In this document: one piece after another, positions 8,486 through 17,057 of the stretch | Position numbering within the stretch: the first letter of the stretch is position 1 | Layout of the letters: the number at the start of each line of letters is the position of its first letter | IMG/VR virus record: IMGVR_UViG_3300016265_000156 | Coordinates: 1-26,478 of that record | DNA from: a virus | Lineage: Duplodnaviria > Caudoviricetes | DNA length: 26,478 nucleotides | Reading direction: 5' to 3' (one strand) | The notes under the pieces: generated by a model | What the model was told of the DNA's origin: nothing | What the model saw: only the letters and a program-made list of their open reading frames with translations | The model's database searches: none | Position numbers and translations under genes: made by a program

Positions 8486-8569
8486 CTGACGGCGTTGTTA
8501 GCTCCTTCGTCGTCAGTCTCCTTTCGTGGTTACACGATAGTTCCCCCGGCTTAGTCCGGGGGTTTTTTT
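8486..8569 (+). ncRNA. Candidate trans-acting anti-Shine-Dalgarno small RNA
   Basis: Stem CTGACGGCG/CGTCGTCAG with loop TTGTTAGCTCCTT; linker TCTCCTT; hairpin TCGTG-GTTA-CACGA; terminator. 8498-8510 is the exact reverse complement of 4098-4110. Confidence 0.65.
8543..8569 (+). terminator. Rho-independent terminator ending the + strand module/sRNA
   Basis: CCCCCGG-CTTAGT-CCGGGGG followed by T7; no U-tract on the - strand side. Confidence 0.9.
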
Positions 8570-11500
8570 ATTCTTTCGCCTCGTCCAGTATTTTTTGTAG
8601 CGCCTTCTCACGCAGCTGCTCTTCCGCAATATTTTCTTCAGTAAGCTCTCTACCACGCAGCTTAATCTTGTCTAGCTTACCTTCAAACGCATCGTCTAAA
8701 GTATCAGGCGTGATCTCCCAACCTTCTCGTGGGTACATCAAATTAAATTCATAAACCCTACGCGAAGCGTTTTCTATAAGTTCCTCATCCCCGCGACGCA
8801 TAGCCTTGACCCACGCGTTTACGATAGCTTGCTTCCTATCTTCAATCTTTCGTTCTTCTTTCTTCAGGAAGGCGTTAAGGTCTTGAATTTCAGCCAGCCC
8901 TGAGGTTTTAAAGCCTAGCCCCTGCATAACTAACTGCCCCGCCGTAAACTCTTCTGCTTCACGGATAGGGTCTAGGTCTTTATCCAACACGCCTTCCGTG
9001 CTGTAGCGATATGCCACTGCGGGGGAACGAAGCATCTTCATTGGTATCCAACGCTCCATTGCTTTTAGCGTGTCGCCTTCTGACCACTCTCTATATGCTT
9101 GCGCTGTCATTTGATTAACAAGGCCAGCAAACGGAGCTATGTTATTGAACGTCATGAAGTCAGCTAGAGCGTTCATGTCAAATTCATTCGGTAAGTCACG
9201 GAACCACAGACCACCTTCAGATATACCAGACGACAGGTTTATACCCGTGAACGCGTCCAGAAGCCCGTTAGCTAGAGCATCTGCTATCCTTACATCTGTG
9301 CCCGGTATTTTTGCGTCACCAAAAGTTTCAGGTAGCCATACGTTGTTGAACCACCGTACGATGTTCAGCTGAGATATATCAACTGCTTCTGGGTCATCTT
9401 CATACAGGTTGTTAATAGCGGCTTGCAAAACACCGAACATCCACATCATTGTGCTAACACCAAACGCACCAGCCACCCCAGCGCCTAACGCGCCCATCAT
9501 CATAGAACCAAAGAAAGCATAGGCCGCGCCTTTACGTACGTCCGACGGCAGGCTGCCTGTCATCTCCTTAAAATTCATGTAGTAGTAGAACGTGGTGTAC
9601 AACGAGTATTTCTTAAACTGAAACGCCAGCCTAGCGATGGGCTGGTTAAGGAACGGTGGAGACTCGTCTGGTAAATAGCGGTATAGCGCTTCTTCAGTAA
9701 TATTTTGCGCGTTGTCCACCGCCTCCATAGGCGACATACCTTTTTGCCTAGAAAGTTTATACGCCGTCAAGAACGTAATTTCTCGGGCTATACGCTCGCT
9801 GCCTTGGTGCAAAGAACCTGATACACGTACCATAGTGTCTAGCACTACTTCAGGCGTGGACATAGTTTTAGCTTTGTTGCCAAAGTACAGGTCAGCTGTT
9901 TGCGTAGACTGGTCAGAGATTTGCCGTAAATCCATCTGTCGCACGGCGAACTGAAGCTCAGCGGGGGTAAGCCCCGTTAGAAGCTGCGCAGCTTTAGGGC
10001 TACGTGTTACCAGAGAAGAGCCAAAAGAGGGGAATGTATATTTAACATTACCTGCGCTGTCTACCCGTTTTACCCCTACCTGCGCTGGCATAGCAGCTAG
10101 CAGTTTTGTAAGCTCTTTAGTTGCTGCTACAGGACCAAAATATTTAATGAGTGTAGGGAATGATTTACCCGGTACACCCCATACGTTATTGAACACCGCC
10201 CGCATATCTGTAAGCAGATACATGAACGTAAACTTAGTCGCAGCATTTACAACCTTATCCAGCATGCCGGGTTCTTGCGGTTGCGCGTATGAACCGTTGG
10301 TACGTCTTTCTAGTTCGTTGATGAGCAGCTCTAGGCGGTCACGCTTAGGGTTGTCACGGATGTTTTCCTGTGCAGCATCAAAGTTATTGTTAACCTGCTG
10401 TAAGTACCGCATCTTTGCCAGCTGGTTTGCCATGCGCGTACCAGTCGAGATGAAGTTACGCAGCGCGTCACGAGAATAACCTGCCCGTGCTTTACGGGTG
10501 ATAAACATCTTGCGCATGCTGTTCTCAGGCAGCACAAGCAGCATAGACTGAAAAATATCATTTTTAAGCTGGTCTACAGCCGCAGTAGAACCTAGCGCAA
10601 CAGCGTCTATTTTTGAAAAAATATTACGTAACGCGATATTCTCTTTAGCAATTTTCTTACGCAGCACTTCTGCTTCGTTACCTTTAGCAGCTTCTTTAGC
10701 AATTACAAGCTCTTCGTAAGTGCGTTTGTCTCCGCGCTTGTTACGTTCTTTTATTTGCTGCTTTATGAATTTGTCCCGTTGTTTGGCGCTGTCAAACATT
10801 TGGAAGTTTACATCTTTGCCTTTACCAAACTGAGCCCAGAATTCACCGTGGCGCATCAAAGGAAAATACGGCCCCTTACCCATGTTGCGTTCATAGGTAG
10901 TCTTTAAGTCCTCCCACAGCTTACCTTTGGGGGTAGTAGGGTCGTTAATACTTCCAGCTAAGTTTGATGTAGCTATCTTCTGCTTGAGTGTAGTGAGGAA
11001 CAGCTGATAGCTTTGCTTGTAAAAGTCTCGTGCGTTTTTATAAAGCTTCTGTTGTTTGGGGTTTAACGCATTCCACATGCGGTTTAGTTCCGGCACTGTG
11101 GTGTTAACAGATGGGTCTACTTGTATGTCAGTAGACAAATTCATAATATCCGCCAGTGCGTCTTTTTCTTTCCTACCAAGTTTTGCCCATTCTGTAGCTA
11201 TAGCTGTCATAGCGTTCATGGCATTTACACGGAAGGTGCCCATCTTGCGCGTGTTATCCCTAGCGTCTTTTAAACTCTGTATGCCATTTGCAATACCTAT
11301 ACGGTAAAGCACACTAGTAGGCGCTACCTTAATAAACGACTTAAGGAACGCCATGTCCAAGTTAGGGAACGCAGCGCTGACGTAATCACCTAAAGCTTTT
11401 GGCGTACGCCCAGCACTTTGCACGGGGCCTATACGTTGAATAACCTGCCGGGCGTCCTGAGACGCTTTGAGGTCGCGTATTGCCGTGTTTACATTTTTAA

Positions 11501-14500
11501 CTTGGCGTTTAGCCTCTAGTATAGATTTAGTGATGTCCTCGCCAAAGGCGGCTTCCATCTGCTCTATGCTAGGCTGCTCAGCTTTCATAATCTCGTGCGA
11601 GATAAGCACGAGGTCTTTTAGCCCGGACTTTAGCTTAGGGTCTATACCAAATAGTTTCAGCAAGGCGTCAATAAAAATATCGAAGCCTGACTTCTTCTCC
11701 GATACGCCTTTGACTTCATTCAACAAAAACTGCTTCATCGCAGCGTTCGTCATACCGTAGGCGTAAAACTCTTGAATGTCCGTAAAAGCATCTGCTTCAG
11801 CGGCAAACTTTAGTTCTGCGTTTACGCTCTTCTTGCTGTCATACGCTGCCTTTGCGCGTACCATCAAATCTTCTAGCGCGTTCACTGCCTCGACAAGGTT
11901 AGCTTCAACCTCCATGCCGTTACTGCGCGCTGCTAGGACAAAATCTATTTTCTTACTGCCAGATACGTGCATAGCTTCATGGAGCACGATCTCGTTGTTA
12001 ATACCTTGGTTCTCGTAGCTATCCCCGCGTACATACACCGTGCCACCTACGGTGGTAGGAGAAAACATACCAACAGTGCCTTTGTTTAGCATCTGTTTAG
12101 CAGTTTTGTCTTTTAGTTTGGTGTCTCTATCTACGACAACAAAATTAACATTACGCAACGTAGGCGCGTTGTCCCGCTGCAACAGACGTGCAGCCAGCAT
12201 GGCTTCCAGCTCGTTAGGCGACTGGGCTATCTGTATCAATGCACCAGCTATTGTGTCTACGTCGTAGAAGCCCAGATCAGGTTCCATGTCTAGCTGCTGC
12301 TCAGCTAGGTACTCAGGACCTTTTCTACGGCGCGCGGGTAAAGCGCGCATACCACGGCGCTCTACCGGTTTTTCTTCTCGTATGGCGGCTACTTCTTCCT
12401 TGCGTTCTTCTTTAGGCGCTGTGGGTGGTACCTTCTCGGTCACCGTTTTTGTAACAGGCGCAACCTGCTGACGCACAATATCTTCAGCTACAGCTGCCTT
12501 GCCGTTGATAAAGTCCATGGTATGCGCTGGGTTTTCAGGCACCACAAACATTTTTGCGCCGTCTATTTGGTTTTCGTGCCCTGCTAGTAAGTTTCCGTAC
12601 ACCCCTTTAGGTACATTTATGCAGCCAAAAGAGTAACGTGAATCTAGTGGGCCGGGTTTCTCCAGCGCAGCCAGACGCTGCTTAGCATCTTTCTCTTTAG
12701 TCCATACGGAATGAAACAGCGTGACTGAGTACTCACCGTCTATGGCTTTGTCCAGCACAAACACTTTGCCGTAATCGTATGCGCCTGCTGTCTTGGCTTC
12801 GCTACCCCCACGTGCTGCGTCACGCAGCCCAAGGTTAAATAGCCCAGCAGGAGTGATACGGTTTTGTACTACCTCAGTATTACCACGGTAAAAATCACCC
12901 ATGGTTTTACCAAGCAGCACTTTACTTTGTGTAAGCAAAGAACCGTCGGGGTTAAATACGTACAGGTTAGCACTGGGTTTGTCTGTAATGATAAACAGTT
13001 TGTTAGTAGCTTTAAGCCCTTTTTCAACTGCTGGGTATATGGTGGCGTAAGCCTGACGACCACCTTCAGACATACCTACAACATCGGCAGGGACCGTAGC
13101 TCTAACTTGTACAGTGCGTGATAGCGTAGTGGGGGTGGCTACAGGTATAGTAGGCGTTATGAACGAAGTGTTTACCACCATGATAGCGGCTAACATACCT
13201 GCCTGTAGACGCTTGATAATGTCGTGCAGAACCCTAGAGACTGCATCCAGCCCCTCGTTCATTGCCTTTACTACATCTTCAACAAACTTACGTTTAGCAA
13301 CCTCGTTGTAAGATGTTTCGCCGTAGTGCTCAGCAATAACGGCCTTATCTTCGTCGTCTAGCTGGTCATGTATAGCAGCGTCTTGCAGCTCTTCCTGCGC
13401 GTCACCTACAGGCTCTTCCTCTAACATAGTTGCGGCTCTATCCGCTTTAGACATCGAGCTTCTTAGTAGCTGAGCGTTATAGTCTGTCCACCGTGTTTTC
13501 TCTTCAGGCGCTTTTTCTTTTTCACGGGCAGCTTTACCTTTTTCCTCCCACAACCCCTGATACTCAGCAAGCCATAGTGGCGTACCAAAAGCTTCCGTGA
13601 CTGGGCGAAGCACGGGTTTTAGTTCTTCTTTTACTTCTGTTTCCTTAGCTGGCCGCGCTTTCTTTACAGGTTCAGCAACAACTTCTTCTTCCGCTGCTCT
13701 TATTTTTTCTATAGCTTTTTTGCGTTGCGCAGGAGAGGACAGTGTAGTTGGTAAAGGCGGCAGCGTAGTATAGTCTTCGCGTTTCTCAGCCAGCGCTTTG
13801 GCACGTTCTTGCTCCGCAGGCTTTAAACTCTTTATGTATTTGCCAGCTTGTGCGTAAGCAACAATAGGACGAGACTTAAATTTTTGCGCTTTTTTATACA
13901 GTTCTGCGCGCAATGTTTCTATAGATAAATCCCGCAATGCTTCACGATAAGCTTTTTCTTCTGCGGTACGAGCTGCTATACCAAAAAAATCACCAGTAGT
14001 GCTACGCTCTAATTTACGTACGGCACTAATTTCGGCTAGCGTATCTCTGGTAAGGTTAATAACATCGGCAGCTTGTTCTACACGCTCTGCCCCAGTCTTA
14101 GCAGCTTCCGATACTTCACGTCCACCACCCGGAGCGCGTCTACGAGGCTCACCCGCAGCCGTAGCACCAAACTCCGCAATGAGCTGCTGCTTTAGTTTTT
14201 CAGGCGATGTTCTAGCTACGGTGTCTAAAATAGACGGGTCAACCTCTAGTTCTTCTTTACGCCCAGCTTCTAGTTCGAGGGGTGCGGCTGCCTCGGTGGG
14301 TTGCGCTGGTCTTTCCTCTTTTGCTTTGACGGCTTTAGGGGCTTCAGGGCCACGGGGTTCCTCCTTAGTGGTGGGGTATGTTTTTTCACGAGGCACAGGA
14401 AATGGAACAATATCACCTGTTTCCCCAACAAGAGTAGTAGGCCAATTTTGTTTATAGTCAGGACTTTCAGGGTCTTGTTGTTCAGACCAACGTATATTGC

Positions 14501-17054
14501 TACGCAACTCAACAGGAATAGTGGTATACCCTAGCGCTTTTAACGCACGAGCACGATGCCGCCCTTCATGCCCAGTTACTTTGGCGCTACCTTCTGAGCC
14601 AACCTCAATATATAAATATGGGACTCCAGAAAACTTCCCGTCTTCAGAAATTATCTTTTGTACCCGTGCTTCTTTATCTGGCCTTGAACCGGGAACGTCG
14701 CGTTCAGCCAACTTTAAGAACTCATCAATCGGCATTTGAACAAGCTTATTTTTGCCTTTGCGTGGCGTCACAGCTACTTTTTCAACCCCTTCAAACCAAG
14801 CTTCAACAGGTTTTTCTTTTACAGGCTGAACAGCTTTAGGAACAACAGGTGCTTCCACCGCTTCGGTAGGGGCAGCTTCAACAGCTGGCTCAACACGTTC
14901 CTCGGGTCTTTCTCCCACCATCGGAGCAGCAGGCGCGCGACGTTCAAAAGCAGGACGAGCGTCACGAGGAGGCAGTCCACCAAGTTCTTCCAGTCGAGCA
15001 TAAGCAGCCTCTTGATATGCTTCAGGTGTAGGGTTAGTAGCTAGAGTGTCTCGCACCCAGCTAGCACCAAGGGTAAGGCCAAGATCAGGGTAAGGCTCTC
15101 TAGCAAACCCACGGGATATCGCACGTTCTGCAAGTTCTTGCTGTTCTACTAGTGCAGCACGTTCCAGCTCTTCTCTTCCAGCAAGTTGTCTAACAGCGCT
15201 GCTAGCAGCACCCAGTCCTCTATCGATAGGGGTTGTAGGTAGCTCGGCGGCTCCAGCCTCTGCGCTAGGCACAAAAATGCCTCGCTCATCTGTGCTTGGC
15301 TCAGTGACAAAAGGTGGCGGCTCGGTCGTGGGAACATTGTCTCCCTCCATTTGAAGTGCGGCGCGTTCAGCCCGCCCGGCCATAGTCCGCGCTTCATCTT
15401 CAGCGGACTTACGTTGGATAACTCTACCTTCTGCCTCTGTAACAGGTGGCTGTAAAGCTTGGATATCAGTCTGTGCCTGAGTTTGAGCTTGTTCAGGCGG
15501 CATGCCTTGTTCTTGGTACGACTGCGCCAAAGCCTGCACACGAGGGTCAGTGGGCTCTATCTCTAGTTCAGGACGACGTGCTGCCTCCAGCGCGGTCAAC
15601 GGAGGACGTGCAGGTTCACCTTCTAGCTCTACACGACGCGCTTCTTCTAGCGCAGTCAGCCTAGGTCTATCTGATTGCAGGTAAGAATTTACATCCTGCT
15701 GTATAGCATCTGCCAGCGCGAAGTCAGGGCGCGCCTCTTGTATCTTCTCGATACCTTTACTGAGTACTTTAGAGCCCCCAGCCATCAGGCCAGACTGCAT
15801 CAAAGTCTGCACCGTGGTGTCGCCCACTTGCTGCAGGTAGTCGCCAAATGTGGCGTTGGGTGAAAGACCGACAGAAGATAGGTCAGTTAAGAACTGCCCC
15901 GTGGTTGTAAGGATTTCACCGGGTAGCTCGCGCTTCAGGGTATTGCCAAGCCAGCCTTTGAGCACGTCGTTAGACATACCTTGCGTAGCCTGTCTGATCT
16001 TGTCCATCTGAAACTTAAGACCAAACTTCTCTCCGACCACTTCAAAGGCGGCGTACAACCCTGCACGAGTAGCTGCTGTAGCACCTCCCAGACCTTTAGC
16101 CGTACCTTCTGCGTACTCCTGACCAAACGATTGCGCAAACATTGACGCCAGCACAAGCCCTTCAGAGCCGGTCGCTACACCCCCAACAAGAGCAGGCAGC
16201 TGTTGGGCTATGGAATTAATTGCGCCTTCAAACATGCGCCCGGCATACACCGGGTTCTCGCCCATAGACTGCACGACGTTCCGGGCTTCGGCAGCACGCT
16301 CACCAAACCTAGTAGCAAACTCATCCGCATTCAACAGGTCAGCTACAGCTTGGTTAATACCCAGTGCACCTTGCTTGTACCCCTGCCATCCAGCCATCGC
16401 GCCACGCAAAACAGGGTTAGCGTTTTTGTACTGGTTGTAAATATCAAAATCAAATTTGGTGGGTTCTAGTGCGCCTTCGGCTTGTATAGCTTGCACTTCT
16501 TTACCCGGCACGACGCCCATCTCGGCAGCGCGCTGTGCCGCAGCACGAGCAAACTCAGGCTTCTCACCTTGCTGGATAAGACGTTGTGTACGTTCCTCGG
16601 CGGCTGGGGATAGGCGCGCAGCGGCCTCAGGTGTTCGCTCTGCCCGTTTATATTCTTGTGCCCGCTGGCGTATGACATCACCCACCGCACCGGGAGCCTT
16701 CTCCATGTTGGCGCGTTTCTTGGGTGAGGCAGCATCGTATTCTGCTTCAATAGCAGCACGAACTTCAGGGCGTAGAGGGGCTTTGCTAGGAGTTTGAACA
16801 GGCGCAGCGGGAGTTTTGCCGCTCATTACGCCCAGACCTTCCCCTGCCTGACTCATGATGGCAGAACCTAAGTCCTCCCCCATAGGTGACGTAGTAGCAA
16901 AGTCTTGCCTCGGCTTCTCTGCTTTTTTAGGTTCCGGCTTAGGCTCTGCTTTTGGGGTAGGCAGCTGTTTCAGCGCAGCAGCCATGTCGTCCCGACTCAT
17001 ACCGTCGGGGAACTCTACGGTACCTACACCTTCTACCTCAACATACTGTGCCAT
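8568..17054 (-). CDS. Giant internal virion/ejection protein of large polyvalent type with ParB/Srx-like, L,D-transpeptidase and zincin-like domains
   Basis: 2828 aa; last gene of the structural module. HEGRHR at 14553-14570; H...SFGC at 12711/12621; HEAMH at 11967-11981 with downstream QEFYAY. Gly/Ala-rich hydrophobic segments near both termini; helical C-terminal region. Confidence 0.85.
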   Translation of the reverse strand: MAQYVEVEGVGTVEFPDGMSRDDMAAALKQLPTPKAEPKPEPKKAEKPRQDFATTSPMGEDLGSAIMSQAGEGLGVMSGKTPAAPVQTPSKAPLRPEVRAAIEAEYDAASPKKRANMEKAPGAVGDVIRQRAQEYKRAERTPEAAARLSPAAEERTQRLIQQGEKPEFARAAAQRAAEMGVVPGKEVQAIQAEGALEPTKFDFDIYNQYKNANPVLRGAMAGWQGYKQGALGINQAVADLLNADEFATRFGERAAEARNVVQSMGENPVYAGRMFEGAINSIAQQLPALVGGVATGSEGLVLASMFAQSFGQEYAEGTAKGLGGATAATRAGLYAAFEVVGEKFGLKFQMDKIRQATQGMSNDVLKGWLGNTLKRELPGEILTTTGQFLTDLSSVGLSPNATFGDYLQQVGDTTVQTLMQSGLMAGGSKVLSKGIEKIQEARPDFALADAIQQDVNSYLQSDRPRLTALEEARRVELEGEPARPPLTALEAARRPELEIEPTDPRVQALAQSYQEQGMPPEQAQTQAQTDIQALQPPVTEAEGRVIQRKSAEDEARTMAGRAERAALQMEGDNVPTTEPPPFVTEPSTDERGIFVPSAEAGAAELPTTPIDRGLGAASSAVRQLAGREELERAALVEQQELAERAISRGFAREPYPDLGLTLGASWVRDTLATNPTPEAYQEAAYARLEELGGLPPRDARPAFERRAPAAPMVGERPEERVEPAVEAAPTEAVEAPVVPKAVQPVKEKPVEAWFEGVEKVAVTPRKGKNKLVQMPIDEFLKLAERDVPGSRPDKEARVQKIISEDGKFSGVPYLYIEVGSEGSAKVTGHEGRHRARALKALGYTTIPVELRSNIRWSEQQDPESPDYKQNWPTTLVGETGDIVPFPVPREKTYPTTKEEPRGPEAPKAVKAKEERPAQPTEAAAPLELEAGRKEELEVDPSILDTVARTSPEKLKQQLIAEFGATAAGEPRRRAPGGGREVSEAAKTGAERVEQAADVINLTRDTLAEISAVRKLERSTTGDFFGIAARTAEEKAYREALRDLSIETLRAELYKKAQKFKSRPIVAYAQAGKYIKSLKPAEQERAKALAEKREDYTTLPPLPTTLSSPAQRKKAIEKIRAAEEEVVAEPVKKARPAKETEVKEELKPVLRPVTEAFGTPLWLAEYQGLWEEKGKAAREKEKAPEEKTRWTDYNAQLLRSSMSKADRAATMLEEEPVGDAQEELQDAAIHDQLDDEDKAVIAEHYGETSYNEVAKRKFVEDVVKAMNEGLDAVSRVLHDIIKRLQAGMLAAIMVVNTSFITPTIPVATPTTLSRTVQVRATVPADVVGMSEGGRQAYATIYPAVEKGLKATNKLFIITDKPSANLYVFNPDGSLLTQSKVLLGKTMGDFYRGNTEVVQNRITPAGLFNLGLRDAARGGSEAKTAGAYDYGKVFVLDKAIDGEYSVTLFHSVWTKEKDAKQRLAALEKPGPLDSRYSFGCINVPKGVYGNLLAGHENQIDGAKMFVVPENPAHTMDFINGKAAVAEDIVRQQVAPVTKTVTEKVPPTAPKEERKEEVAAIREEKPVERRGMRALPARRRKGPEYLAEQQLDMEPDLGFYDVDTIAGALIQIAQSPNELEAMLAARLLQRDNAPTLRNVNFVVVDRDTKLKDKTAKQMLNKGTVGMFSPTTVGGTVYVRGDSYENQGINNEIVLHEAMHVSGSKKIDFVLAARSNGMEVEANLVEAVNALEDLMVRAKAAYDSKKSVNAELKFAAEADAFTDIQEFYAYGMTNAAMKQFLLNEVKGVSEKKSGFDIFIDALLKLFGIDPKLKSGLKDLVLISHEIMKAEQPSIEQMEAAFGEDITKSILEAKRQVKNVNTAIRDLKASQDARQVIQRIGPVQSAGRTPKALGDYVSAAFPNLDMAFLKSFIKVAPTSVLYRIGIANGIQSLKDARDNTRKMGTFRVNAMNAMTAIATEWAKLGRKEKDALADIMNLSTDIQVDPSVNTTVPELNRMWNALNPKQQKLYKNARDFYKQSYQLFLTTLKQKIATSNLAGSINDPTTPKGKLWEDLKTTYERNMGKGPYFPLMRHGEFWAQFGKGKDVNFQMFDSAKQRDKFIKQQIKERNKRGDKRTYEELVIAKEAAKGNEAEVLRKKIAKENIALRNIFSKIDAVALGSTAAVDQLKNDIFQSMLLVLPENSMRKMFITRKARAGYSRDALRNFISTGTRMANQLAKMRYLQQVNNNFDAAQENIRDNPKRDRLELLINELERRTNGSYAQPQEPGMLDKVVNAATKFTFMYLLTDMRAVFNNVWGVPGKSFPTLIKYFGPVAATKELTKLLAAMPAQVGVKRVDSAGNVKYTFPSFGSSLVTRSPKAAQLLTGLTPAELQFAVRQMDLRQISDQSTQTADLYFGNKAKTMSTPEVVLDTMVRVSGSLHQGSERIAREITFLTAYKLSRQKGMSPMEAVDNAQNITEEALYRYLPDESPPFLNQPIARLAFQFKKYSLYTTFYYYMNFKEMTGSLPSDVRKGAAYAFFGSMMMGALGAGVAGAFGVSTMMWMFGVLQAAINNLYEDDPEAVDISQLNIVRWFNNVWLPETFGDAKIPGTDVRIADALANGLLDAFTGINLSSGISEGGLWFRDLPNEFDMNALADFMTFNNIAPFAGLVNQMTAQAYREWSEGDTLKAMERWIPMKMLRSPAVAYRYSTEGVLDKDLDPIREAEEFTAGQLVMQGLGFKTSGLAEIQDLNAFLKKEERKIEDRKQAIVNAWVKAMRRGDEELIENASRRVYEFNLMYPREGWEITPDTLDDAFEGKLDKIKLRGRELTEENIAEEQLREKALQKILDEAKE
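15553..15668 (-). repeat. Degenerate 60-bp tandem duplication inside the giant ORF
   Basis: RPRLTALEEARRVELEGEP / RPPLTALEAARRPELEIEP; the nucleotide match at period 60 is visible. Confidence 0.85.
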
Positions 17055-17057
17055 AGG

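Noticed and set aside
8429-8530. Minus-strand mini-ORF behind the two SD-like sites
   Set aside because: The nearest GTG is about 16 nt from the SD and gives only a ~17-codon peptide antisense to a real gene.
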